Assembly: GCA_045603585.1 (NCBI GenBank)
Contig: JAZUMK010000030.1
Location: 6,607-70,606 of the forward strand
Reading direction: 5' to 3'
Source: Clostridia bacterium
GTDB taxonomy: Bacteria > Bacillota > Clostridia > Christensenellales > CAG-138
DNA length: 64,000 bases
In this document: positions 1 through 7,817 of the stretch, piece by piece
Layout: every line of letters begins with the position of its first letter
Numbering within the stretch: the first letter of the stretch is position 1
Position numbers and translations under genes: made by a program
Notes under the pieces: model-generated
The model's input: only the letters and a program-made list of their open reading frames with translations
Told to the model about the DNA's origin: nothing
The model's database searches: none

Positions 1-104
1 TGGATGCCTTTTACGAAATGGTCAAGGACAGTGCTGCGATCGATCGTCCTGCTAAGCAGGAAGGCCGCAATATGTTCATGATATTAACACCTAAAACCAA
101 TTAA
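1..104 (+). CDS. infC: Translation initiation factor IF-3, C-terminal end (partial, runs off the 5' edge)
   Basis: The frame starting at nt 3 reads ...DAFYEMVKDSAAIDRPAKQEGRNMFMILTPKTN*. This resembles an IF-3 C-terminus, and the position directly upstream of rpmI-rplT matches the conserved infC-rpmI-rplT operon. Confidence 0.7.
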   Translation, partial: DAFYEMVKDSAAIDRPAKQEGRNMFMILTPKTN

Positions 105-120
105 TACAGGAGGAAACCCC

Positions 121-318
121 ATGCCTAAAATCAAGACTCACAGGGGTGCGGCAAAGCGTTTCAGCCTCACCAAGTCTGGCAAGATTAAGAGAGCAAAGGC
201 TTACAAGAGCCACATCCTTACCAAGAAGACCACCAAGCGCGGCCGCAGACTGCGTCAGACCGGCTACATTGCCGAGTGCGAAGCCAAGAAGGTTCGCGAG
301 CTGATACCTTACAAGTAG
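121..318 (+). CDS. rpmI: 50S ribosomal protein L35
   Basis: The 65-aa basic protein begins [14 protein letters not shown], the typical L35 N-terminus. An AGGAGG RBS lies upstream. Confidence 0.97.
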   Translation: MPKIKTHRGAAKRFSLTKSGKIKRAKAYKSHILTKKTTKRGRRLRQTGYIAECEAKKVRELIPYK

Positions 319-331
319 GAGGAAAATAATC

Positions 332-688
332 ATGGCAAGAATTAAGAGAGCAGTTAATGCCGTTAAAAAGCGCCGCAAGGTTTTCAAGCTTGCTAAGGGC
401 TACTATGGCGCAAAGAGCAAGCAGTATCGTTCCGCTTCCCAGCAGGTAATGCGCTCCATGGCTTACGCCTATGTTGGCCGTAAGCTGAAGAAGCGTGAAT
501 ACCGCAAGCTGTGGATCGCCCGTATCAACGCCGGCGCCCGCATCTGCGGCACCACCTACAGCCGCATGATCGACGGCCTCAAGAAGGCTGGCGTAGATGT
601 AAACCGCAAGGTTCTGGCCGACCTGGCAGTAAACGATATGGCCGCTTTCAAGAAGCTGGCTGATATCGCTGTTGAGGCCCGCGCATAA
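332..688 (+). CDS. rplT: 50S ribosomal protein L20
   Basis: The 118-aa protein begins [29 protein letters not shown], the typical L20 sequence. It follows rpmI by 13 nt. Confidence 0.97.
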   Translation: MARIKRAVNAVKKRRKVFKLAKGYYGAKSKQYRSASQQVMRSMAYAYVGRKLKKREYRKLWIARINAGARICGTTYSRMIDGLKKAGVDVNRKVLADLAVNDMAAFKKLADIAVEARA

Positions 689-702
689 TCAAAAGCATTT
701 AA

Positions 703-745
703 GGCGCAGTCGCAATATCCGGCTGCGCTCTTTTCTTATTTTTTG
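703..745 (+). terminator. Putative intrinsic terminator or attenuating hairpin after rplT
   Basis: GCGCAG (704-709) pairs with CTGCGC (723-728) and is followed by TTTTCTTATTTTTTG. Confidence 0.5.
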
Positions 746-761
746 TTGGAGGGGTATACCT

Positions 762-1520
762 ATGCTTATCCAGAGCACCCAGAATGATACCGTAAAGCGC
801 ATGCGTTCCCTCGCTGCCAAAAAGGGCAGGCAGGAAACGGGACTGCATTTTATAGAGGGCGAAAGGCTGGTGCGGGAGGCCATAGCTTCCGGTGCGGATA
901 TTGCCGAGCTTTTTATTGAAGAAGGCAGGGAGGCGGAGGAGCTTTCATCCGCCGCCGCAAAGGTATATACCGTTACCCGCAGGGTGCTGGAAAGCATGAC
1001 GGATACCGGCACGCCCCAGTGGATATGTGCCGCAGTGCGTACGCCGGATATCCTTCCCCCGCAAAAGTATCCCGAAGGCCTTATCGTTGCGCTGGACAGG
1101 GTACAGGACCCCGGAAATCTTGGAACCATACTGCGTACCGCCGATGCCATGGGCGCTGTTGGCCTGCTGCTTGGCAGCGGCTGTGCCGATCCATTCGGTC
1201 CAAAGGTGCTTCGTTCCACTATGGGCAGCCTGTACCATATCCCTGTATGGCAGGGGGAACTTGCTGCGGAGCTTGCGCGGCTTAAGCAGTCCGGGTTTTC
1301 CCTTGTTTGCGGCCACCTGAATGGCGAAGAGGTTTTGCCGGCCGTTGGGGATAAATGCGTACTGATAATCGGCAACGAAGGAAACGGCGTATCTGACGAG
1401 GTTGCGGATATGTGTGAAAAATACCGCCTGCCGATGTACGGCCGCGCGGAGAGCCTCAATGCTTCTGTGGCGGCGGGAATACTTATGTATGAGATAGCCC
1501 ATGCCATGCGGGGTAAATAG
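762..1520 (+). CDS. TrmH/SpoU-family RNA 2'-O-methyltransferase
   Basis: The ORF-track protein contains the SpoU-type C-terminal motifs (LIIGNEGNGVS, ESLNASVAAGILMYE). I place the start at ATG 762 (MLIQSTQND...), because the upstream part of the ORF overlaps rplT and its terminator. Confidence 0.85.
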   Translation: MLIQSTQNDTVKRMRSLAAKKGRQETGLHFIEGERLVREAIASGADIAELFIEEGREAEELSSAAAKVYTVTRRVLESMTDTGTPQWICAAVRTPDILPPQKYPEGLIVALDRVQDPGNLGTILRTADAMGAVGLLLGSGCADPFGPKVLRSTMGSLYHIPVWQGELAAELARLKQSGFSLVCGHLNGEEVLPAVGDKCVLIIGNEGNGVSDEVADMCEKYRLPMYGRAESLNASVAAGILMYEIAHAMRGK

Positions 1521-1522
1521 CA

Positions 1523-2218
1523 ATGGAAAACAAAAATAACTGCCTTATCTGCGGCGAAGAATTGGAATATTATGATAAGCCCAGAGCCATGAAATGCATG
1601 CTGTGCGGCGGTGAGTTTTACTCCAATGTTGCCTGCAAGGCGGGACACTTTATATGCGACAGCTGCCATTCAAAGGATGCGGAAGGCATAGTACTTGAGG
1701 TGTGTGCCGGAACAGCTTCCCGAAATCCCATCGATATAATGCAGGGTCTTATGGAGCTGCCCGGGGTGCACATGCATGGTCCTGAGCATCACTTTATGGT
1801 GGGCGCTGCGCTGCTGGCGGCATATCATAACAGCGGCGGCGAGATAGAACTGCGTCCCGCACTTGACGAGATGCTGCGTCGGGGCAAACAGGTACCGGGC
1901 GGTGCCTGCGGGTTCTGGGGCTGCTGCGGTGCCGGAGTCAGCGCAGGCATATTTATAAGCATCATCACAGGAGCTACCCCCCTTAAAAAACAGGAATGGC
2001 GGTTAGCCAATCTTATGACATCCAGAGCCTTGGAGCGCATCGCAAACTGCGGCGGCCCCCGCTGCTGCAAGCGGGACAGCTTTCTGGCGATAATCGCCGC
2101 TGTGGAGTTTACGAGAGAAAACCTTGGCGTGGAGATGTGGCTGCCAGAGCATATCCAATGCGGATTTTCAGGATTGAATAATGAGTGCCTTGGAAAGGCT
2201 TGCCTGTTTAACCGCTAA
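1523..2218 (+). CDS. Uncharacterised Cys-rich protein with an N-terminal zinc-ribbon (CxxC-x15-CxxC)
   Basis: The 231-aa protein has CLICGEE...CMLCGG and CDSCH motifs plus further Cys clusters (GGACGFWGCCGAG, CGGPRCCKRD). I recognise no enzymatic motif. Confidence 0.6.
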   Translation: MENKNNCLICGEELEYYDKPRAMKCMLCGGEFYSNVACKAGHFICDSCHSKDAEGIVLEVCAGTASRNPIDIMQGLMELPGVHMHGPEHHFMVGAALLAAYHNSGGEIELRPALDEMLRRGKQVPGGACGFWGCCGAGVSAGIFISIITGATPLKKQEWRLANLMTSRALERIANCGGPRCCKRDSFLAIIAAVEFTRENLGVEMWLPEHIQCGFSGLNNECLGKACLFNR

Positions 2219-2245
2219 GAAAACTGACAAAAAGAGGAACAACGT

Positions 2246-3469
2246 ATGACTAAAGAAAAAAGCTTAGCCTCGAATTATAAAGTCCTTCGCTGGGGATACC
2301 TTGCGCTCTGTACCCTCCTGCTGCTGTTTCTGGGGCTTATTTACGCATGGTCTGTATTCCGTATACCCCTTGAAACAGAGTTCGGCTGGACGGCTTCTCA
2401 GGCCTCTCTGGTGTTCTCGGTAAGCATGATGCTGTTCTGCCTTGGCGGCCTTGCTTCCGGCATAATGCAGAGAAGGCTCAGCATCCGCATAACAGTGATC
2501 TGCAGCGCGGTGTGCATGCTGGCGGGCTTTTCCGCGGCCTCTATGGCAAAGGGACTGCTGGGCATCTGCTGTACATACAGCCTTCTCTGCGGCCTGGGCG
2601 TTGGTCTTGGCTACAATTCCTGCCTCAGCGTGGTAATGTCATGGTTCCCCGATAAAAAGGGACTGGTTTCCGGCATTGCCCTGATGGGATTTGGTTTTGG
2701 AGGCATGGTATTCGGCACATTGAGCGCAAACCTTATCGGCTCCATAGGCTGGCGCAAAACCTTCCTTATTTTTGGGTTTGTGTTCTTTGCTGTAATCCTC
2801 ATAGGCGCCTTTATCCTTAAGGTCGCTCCTGCCGAATTCGCCGCAAAAATGGCCGCAGGCAATAAGGCAAAGGCATCCCTCAGGGAGATGGATTGGAAGC
2901 AGATGATGAAATGCCGTCAGTTCTGGCTGTATTTTGCATGGGCCATAATTCTTTCCGCAGCAGGTCTTGCGGTAATGAACGAGGCCGCTTCCTTTGCCCA
3001 GTGCTTTGTTGGGGAGAATCTTGCAAGAGCTGCCGCTCTTGCAGGCATGGTATCCATTGCAAACGGCGTGGGCCGCATAATTTTCGGCCAGCTGTTTGAC
3101 AGGATAGGCTATCGCAAAACCATGCTGGGCGTTTGCACTATGTTCATCTGCGCATCCGGCGCGCTGCTTCTTGCAAACAGCACCATGAGCATACCTGTGC
3201 TGGCGGCAGGCTTCATTTTCCTTGGCCTTGCCTATGGCGGCGTTACCCCCACAAATTCCGCGTATGCTTCTTATTTCTTCGGCACTAAGAATTACGCATT
3301 CAACTTCAGCCTTGTAAATCTTAACCTTATCATAGCCTCTTATCTGGGGCCTGCCTGCGGCAGCCTTTCATATGCGGGCACGTTCCTTGTTATATTGGCC
3401 TTCGGCGCAATGGGCATTGCGATAACCTTTGGCATCAAGGAATACAAGGATTCTGAAATACAGGCATAA
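2246..3469 (+). CDS. MFS transporter (oxalate/formate antiporter-like subfamily)
   Basis: The 407-aa protein has about 12 predicted hydrophobic segments and a central loop, which is an MFS-like pattern. Confidence 0.85.
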   Translation: MTKEKSLASNYKVLRWGYLALCTLLLLFLGLIYAWSVFRIPLETEFGWTASQASLVFSVSMMLFCLGGLASGIMQRRLSIRITVICSAVCMLAGFSAASMAKGLLGICCTYSLLCGLGVGLGYNSCLSVVMSWFPDKKGLVSGIALMGFGFGGMVFGTLSANLIGSIGWRKTFLIFGFVFFAVILIGAFILKVAPAEFAAKMAAGNKAKASLREMDWKQMMKCRQFWLYFAWAIILSAAGLAVMNEAASFAQCFVGENLARAAALAGMVSIANGVGRIIFGQLFDRIGYRKTMLGVCTMFICASGALLLANSTMSIPVLAAGFIFLGLAYGGVTPTNSAYASYFFGTKNYAFNFSLVNLNLIIASYLGPACGSLSYAGTFLVILAFGAMGIAITFGIKEYKDSEIQA

Positions 3470-3475
3470 ATGCAA

Positions 3476-3510
3476 TTTAAAAGGCGCGACAGCATGTCGC
3501 GCCTTTTTGT
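3476..3510. terminator. Bidirectional intrinsic terminator between the convergent MFS and lyase genes
   Basis: GGCGCGAC-agcat-GTCGCGCC (3483-3503) is flanked by an A-run on the left and a T-run on the right. Confidence 0.8.
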
Positions 3511-3522
3511 GTATGCCTTGTA

Positions 3523-4968
3523 TTACAGGCTGTCGCCGAAGTCTCTGCGGAAGGCTTCTGCAAGCTGCTGCTGCCAGTCGCTGTCCGCTTCAAGCCTGCC
3601 GAAGAAGAAGCGGAGGGTATTGGGCTCTTCCACCCAGCGGAGGCCGCCGATAAGGTGGCGGTTGCGGAACAGCCAGTCAATGCGGTCTACGGCGTACATT
3701 ACCTGGGACAGGGTGAATACACGGCGGGGGAGGGCAAGGCGAACAAGCTCCATGGATGCGATGGGCTCTGTTCCGTCAGGCTCGCGCTGCTCGGAAAGGG
3801 TGCCGCGCTCCATTCCGCGAACGCCGCTTGCGATGTAAATAGCCGCCGCAAGGGCGCCTGCAGGGTACTGATGATCATCCAGATGGGGCAGGAACTCTCT
3901 GGCATTCAGATGGCAGCCAAGGCCGCCTGCGGGGGTCACAACGGGTATGCCCCGCTTGAGAAGCTCCTCCGTCATGAACTGAATGAACTGGGGGCCCTGG
4001 CTGATCACGTCTTCATCCATGGTCTCATCAAGGCCCACGGTGATGGCTTCCATTTCCCGCACGCTCATGCCGCCGTAGGTAAGGAAGCCTTCAAACATGG
4101 GGATAAGCTCCATCATGCGGTCGCGGAGGGCCTTATCCCTTACGCAGATACCGCCGCCCCGGGCAAAGCCCAGCTTGCGGGCGGAGAAGTATACGATGTC
4201 AAAGCAATCTGCAAGGGCGCGGGTGATTTCCCGGATGGACATATCCCTGCATTCTTCCTCGCGGGTTTTGATAAAGTGGAGATTATCCTGCAGCAGGCTT
4301 GCATCCAGCACCGTCATAATGCCGTTATCATGGGCAAGCCTGGTTGCGGCCTTGCAGTTTTCAAGGGAGAATGGCTGGCCGCCGATAAGGTTTGTGCCTG
4401 CTTCAAGGCGAAGGAAGGCCATATGCCCCCTGTTGCGGTCAATGCTGTCCTGAAGCTTATCAAGATCCATGTTGCCCTTGAAAAGGCAGCTGCTTGCGGT
4501 GTTGATACCTTCGTCGCTGACAAGCTCCTCCACGGTTCCGCCGCATTCGGTTATATGTGCCTTGGTGGTGGTAAAGTGGAAATTCATGGCAACCACGTCG
4601 CCGCTTTTTACGAAAGTTTTTGCGATGATATGTTCGGCAGCCCTGCCCTGATGGGTGGGCAGGAAGAATTCCATGCCGAATATCTCCCTGAGCTTTGCAT
4701 GGAGGCGGTTGAAGGTTTCGCTGCCTGCGTATGCGTCATCTGCCGCCATCATGGCAGCAAGCTGATTGTCGCTCATGGCATTTACGCCGCTGTCGGTCAG
4801 CATATCCATGAATACGTCGCGGGTCTGAAGCAGGAAGGTGTTGCAGCCGGCCTCCCGAATGGCCTCGAGGCGACGCTCTACCGGGGGCAGGTTCAGCTTC
4901 TGTACGATGCGCACCTTGTGCATTTCCAGAGGGATGTTTTCGCCGCTGAAGAATTTTACGTTGGACAT
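3523..4968 (-). CDS. tpl: Beta-eliminating PLP lyase of the tyrosine phenol-lyase type
   Basis: The 481-aa protein is collinear with the Tnase/TPL family (TDSGVNAMSD, PTHQGRAAE, SARK PLP-lysine region, LALPRRV). Both known specificity positions are TPL-like. NFHFTTTKAH carries Thr where tryptophanase has FFDTT Asp. LRFFFGRL carries Phe where tryptophanase has LRHF His. Confidence 0.85.
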   Translation of the reverse strand: MSNVKFFSGENIPLEMHKVRIVQKLNLPPVERRLEAIREAGCNTFLLQTRDVFMDMLTDSGVNAMSDNQLAAMMAADDAYAGSETFNRLHAKLREIFGMEFFLPTHQGRAAEHIIAKTFVKSGDVVAMNFHFTTTKAHITECGGTVEELVSDEGINTASSCLFKGNMDLDKLQDSIDRNRGHMAFLRLEAGTNLIGGQPFSLENCKAATRLAHDNGIMTVLDASLLQDNLHFIKTREEECRDMSIREITRALADCFDIVYFSARKLGFARGGGICVRDKALRDRMMELIPMFEGFLTYGGMSVREMEAITVGLDETMDEDVISQGPQFIQFMTEELLKRGIPVVTPAGGLGCHLNAREFLPHLDDHQYPAGALAAAIYIASGVRGMERGTLSEQREPDGTEPIASMELVRLALPRRVFTLSQVMYAVDRIDWLFRNRHLIGGLRWVEEPNTLRFFFGRLEADSDWQQQLAEAFRRDFGDSL

Positions 4969-5049
4969 TTTGAGTTTCCTCCTGAAAAAATAAAAGTTTG
5001 ATTTTTTCGGAGGTACCCTTTGGCGGCGATACCGGCCGATAAAATATCG

Positions 5050-5351
5050 GGAACAAAAAAGCCCGTCCCCTGACTTTGCAGAGGACGAGCGCCAAATCCC
5101 GTGTTACCACCTCAATTTATCCGGTTCTCACGATACCGGACCTTTTCGAGTACCCCAATGCGGCAGCTGCCGCCCCTATACTCTATCACTGTAACGGGTG
5201 AAGCCCGTCCCCGCCTACCGGTTGCCTTTCGGGGGGAGGCTGGTGGCGTGTATTCCCATGCGGCAGCCTGTTGACTTGCACCAACCGTCAACTCTCTGAA
5301 GGTCCCGTTCATGGTACTATTTCGCCGTCATGGCCTTTTCAATACCAATTG
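5050..5351 (-). promoter_or_regulatory. T-box leader (tRNA-sensing riboswitch) with probable Tyr (UAC) specifier and terminator/antiterminator
   Basis: On the minus strand I read, in order:
- A promoter: TTGACA (5386-5381), a 17-nt spacer, TATAAT (5363-5358).
- An AGAGAG bulge (5297-5292).
- A distal hairpin GTTGAC..GGTTGGTGCAA..GTCAAC.
- A specifier-loop context GGGAA-UAC-A (codon at 5252-5250).
- An F-box CCGTTA (5207-5202).
- A T-box core GAGGTGGTAACACGGG (5113-5098).
- A terminator GTCCTCTGCAAAGTCAGGGGAC followed by a U-run (5093-5053). Confidence 0.75.
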
Positions 5352-5425
5352 CGTTGAATTATATATTATCCATCCGGCTTTGTCAAGCGAATAAATATTT
5401 TATTTTTTATGGCATTGTAGATTAA

Positions 5426-6298
5426 TTATGCAGAGAGATTGTCCTTTGCGTTTTTGACTTTCAAATAGGGCAGGGCAATGCTGGACACTATCAGCACAAG
5501 GCCGATAATACTGAGAAGCCCCAGCTTTTCATGCAGTACCACAGCTCCAAGCAGTGTGGCGATAGCGGGATTTATGGCGCAGAAAAGGCCTGCTCTGTCT
5601 GCAGAAACCCGGCTCTGGGCCACCGGCTGCAGGGTAAAGCCAAATCCTGTGCACACTATGGCAAGTTCCAATATCATCAGTATGCTGCTGCCGTCCGAGG
5701 GAATGCGGGGCTGCTCAAAGATAAAGGATGCAATCAGAGCATAAACGGCAATGGAGCCAACTTGAGCTATGCCTATGCATAGAGAATCACAATCCCTGTG
5801 GGCTACCCGGTCGGTGATAAGTATTGCCGCGGCATAAAGCAGGGCGGACATGAGCCCCCAGAACATACCTATGGTAAAGCTGCCTATTTGAGCGCCAAGA
5901 CAGAATACGCCGGTAAGGGCCATAACGGCACTGCATATGGTCATGGGAGCGGGCAGCTTTTTAGCGAGTATTGCGCCGAAAAGGGGCACAAATATTATGG
6001 AGCAGTTTTCCAGCAGGGATACGGTGGTGGTATCTGCGGTATGGAGGGCGGTAAGCTCGCAGCTCATTACCAGAAAATACATCAGCCCAACGATGCATCC
6101 CGCAAGGAGATCCTGCTTTGTGATATGCGAAACCCGTTTTGGGAAAATTATAAGCAGCAAAATAAATGCTGAGAGGAATCTCAGAGCCAGCAGGTTGAAG
6201 GTGTCAAGGCTGGCCAAAGACATCTTGGTAAAAATAAATGATGTGGCGCGGGCTGCGATAACAGAGGCCAGCAGCAGCTCATACTTGCGGGAGGACAT
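5426..6298 (-). CDS. EamA/DMT-family transporter
   Basis: The 290-aa protein has about ten hydrophobic segments arranged as two EamA-like halves. Confidence 0.85.
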   Translation of the reverse strand: MSSRKYELLLASVIAARATSFIFTKMSLASLDTFNLLALRFLSAFILLLIIFPKRVSHITKQDLLAGCIVGLMYFLVMSCELTALHTADTTTVSLLENCSIIFVPLFGAILAKKLPAPMTICSAVMALTGVFCLGAQIGSFTIGMFWGLMSALLYAAAILITDRVAHRDCDSLCIGIAQVGSIAVYALIASFIFEQPRIPSDGSSILMILELAIVCTGFGFTLQPVAQSRVSADRAGLFCAINPAIATLLGAVVLHEKLGLLSIIGLVLIVSSIALPYLKVKNAKDNLSA

Positions 6299-6503
6299 AA
6301 CAGCTCACTCCTATAAAACGATGATGCATAAATAATACATCGGGGCAATCGGATTGTAAAGCCGCTGACAGGTGAAATGTTCTTGAGGGAACGCGTTGCC
6401 TGGGGTGCAAACAGGTGCTATAATATATAATATCTTCTGAGTACATCGAAAGAGCAAACTGTAATCTTCAGGAATTAATTATCTGCAAGAGGAGCTTATA
6501 TTT

Positions 6504-7679
6504 ATGAAAAACAATACCAATCTCGGCGCACCCTTCAGCTTTATCCTTCCCACCAGAATAGAATACGGCACAGGATGCCTTGCAAAGCTGCCGGGCATAC
6601 TCAAAGAAGCGGGAGTTGATCGTCCGCTGCTGGTAACGGACAAGGGCATAAAGGCCGCGGGCATTGTGGATAAGGTAACAGAGTGCCTTGATGCCGCAGG
6701 GGTTACATATCTCGTGTTTGATAATATCGAACCCAATCCCAAGGACTATAACGTGGAAGAGGGCGCAGCGGTGGCCCGCGAATTCGGCGCGGATTCCATA
6801 ATAGCCGTGGGAGGCGGCAGCCCAATAGACTGCAGTAAATCCATAGGTGTACTGCTGGCCCATGACGCCGATAAGATAAAGCCCTACGAAGGCAAAACAG
6901 GCGTAAAAAAGGCTATACCGCCCCTTTTCACCGTACCCACCACCTCCGGCACAGGCAGCGAGCTGACCTTCTCTTCCGTAATTACCGACACTGCCAATCA
7001 GTATAAAATGACGGTAAAGAGCCCCCTTATCGCTGCAAGCGTTGCCCTGTGCGATCCTGAGCTTACGGTATCCGTTCCCGCAAGCGTGACCGCCGCAACA
7101 GGCGTGGATGCCCTTACCCATGCGATCGAGGCATATACCGCAAACTGCTCCGAGCCTTTCAGCGATGCGGCGGCTCTGTATGCAATAGAGCTTATTTACA
7201 ACAACCTTGAAACCGCAGTAAAGGACGGCGCAAATATAAGCGCAAGGGAAGCCATGCTTATGGGCAGCATGCTGGCCGGCGTGGCCTTCAGCCATTCCGA
7301 TGTTGCTTCGGTTCACTGCATTGCGGAAACTCTGGGCGGCATGTATGACCTGCCCCACGGCCTGTGCAATGCTATTTTCCTTCCCCACATGATGGAATAC
7401 AATTCCTGCTGCTGCCAGGATAAGTATGCAAGGGTAGCAAGGGCGATGGGTCTGGAATTCAGCACCGAGGAAGAAGGCTGCGCGAAGGCAGTTGCCGCGG
7501 TGCAGAAGCTGTGCCTTGATGTTGGCCTGCCCCAATTCAGCTCGCTGAATGTTCCCGAGGAGAGCTTTGCGAAGATCGCCGAGATATCCGCAAGGAATAT
7601 CTCCACCGAAAGCAACCCCAGACCTATGGCTGTTGAGGACTATATCGCGGTATTGAACAACGCAAATAAAGCCAGGTAA
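6504..7679 (+). CDS. Iron-containing (group III) alcohol dehydrogenase
   Basis: The 391-aa protein has GGGSPIDCSK, and metal-binding His motifs in the DALTHAIEAY and HSDVASVHCIAETLGGMYDLPHG regions. Confidence 0.9.
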   Translation: MKNNTNLGAPFSFILPTRIEYGTGCLAKLPGILKEAGVDRPLLVTDKGIKAAGIVDKVTECLDAAGVTYLVFDNIEPNPKDYNVEEGAAVAREFGADSIIAVGGGSPIDCSKSIGVLLAHDADKIKPYEGKTGVKKAIPPLFTVPTTSGTGSELTFSSVITDTANQYKMTVKSPLIAASVALCDPELTVSVPASVTAATGVDALTHAIEAYTANCSEPFSDAAALYAIELIYNNLETAVKDGANISAREAMLMGSMLAGVAFSHSDVASVHCIAETLGGMYDLPHGLCNAIFLPHMMEYNSCCCQDKYARVARAMGLEFSTEEEGCAKAVAAVQKLCLDVGLPQFSSLNVPEESFAKIAEISARNISTESNPRPMAVEDYIAVLNNANKAR

Positions 7680-7700
7680 TAGTTTATAAGCATAACAAAG

Positions 7701-7736
7701 CAGGTGGTACACAAATCGTATACCACCTGTTTTTTA
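7701..7736. terminator. Intrinsic terminator after the alcohol dehydrogenase gene
   Basis: AGGTGGTA-cacaaatcg-TACCACCT (7702-7728) is followed by TGTTTTTTA. Confidence 0.7.
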
Positions 7737-7817
7737 TATCGTTTTTTCTTTCTCTTCTTGCTTCTTTTTCTGCTTTCTTTTTTCTTAAAAAGAAAGAGAA
7801 AAAGAAGAAATAAAGTA

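Noticed and set aside
672-761. N-terminal extension of the TrmH ORF (ORF-track start at 672).
   Set aside because: It would overlap the end of rplT and run through the hairpin and T-run at 703-745. The conserved protein begins at MLIQSTQ (ATG 762).
3655-5001. Long ORFs antisense to confident genes. They occur at 3655-5001, 6468-7712, 8962-10575, 11279-12529, 24605-25795, 25774-26649, 26739-27770, 32418-33428, 33307-34227, 34736-35866, 37734-39766, 40108-42214, 42079-43068, 44245-45711, 47742-49190, 51072-52334 and 52698-53603.
   Set aside because: Each lies opposite a gene with clear family motifs. Their translations are low-complexity (G/A/V/H-rich) with no recognisable domains. Shadow ORFs of this kind are expected in GC-biased coding DNA.
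5256-5258. UGG (Trp) as the T-box specifier codon, which would fit a tryptophanase reading of the downstream gene.
   Set aside because: UGG lies immediately 5' of the GAA, not in the GAA-codon-purine position, which UAC occupies. The enzyme's specificity residues are of the tyrosine phenol-lyase type. UGG is kept as the stated alternative until the leader is folded computationally.
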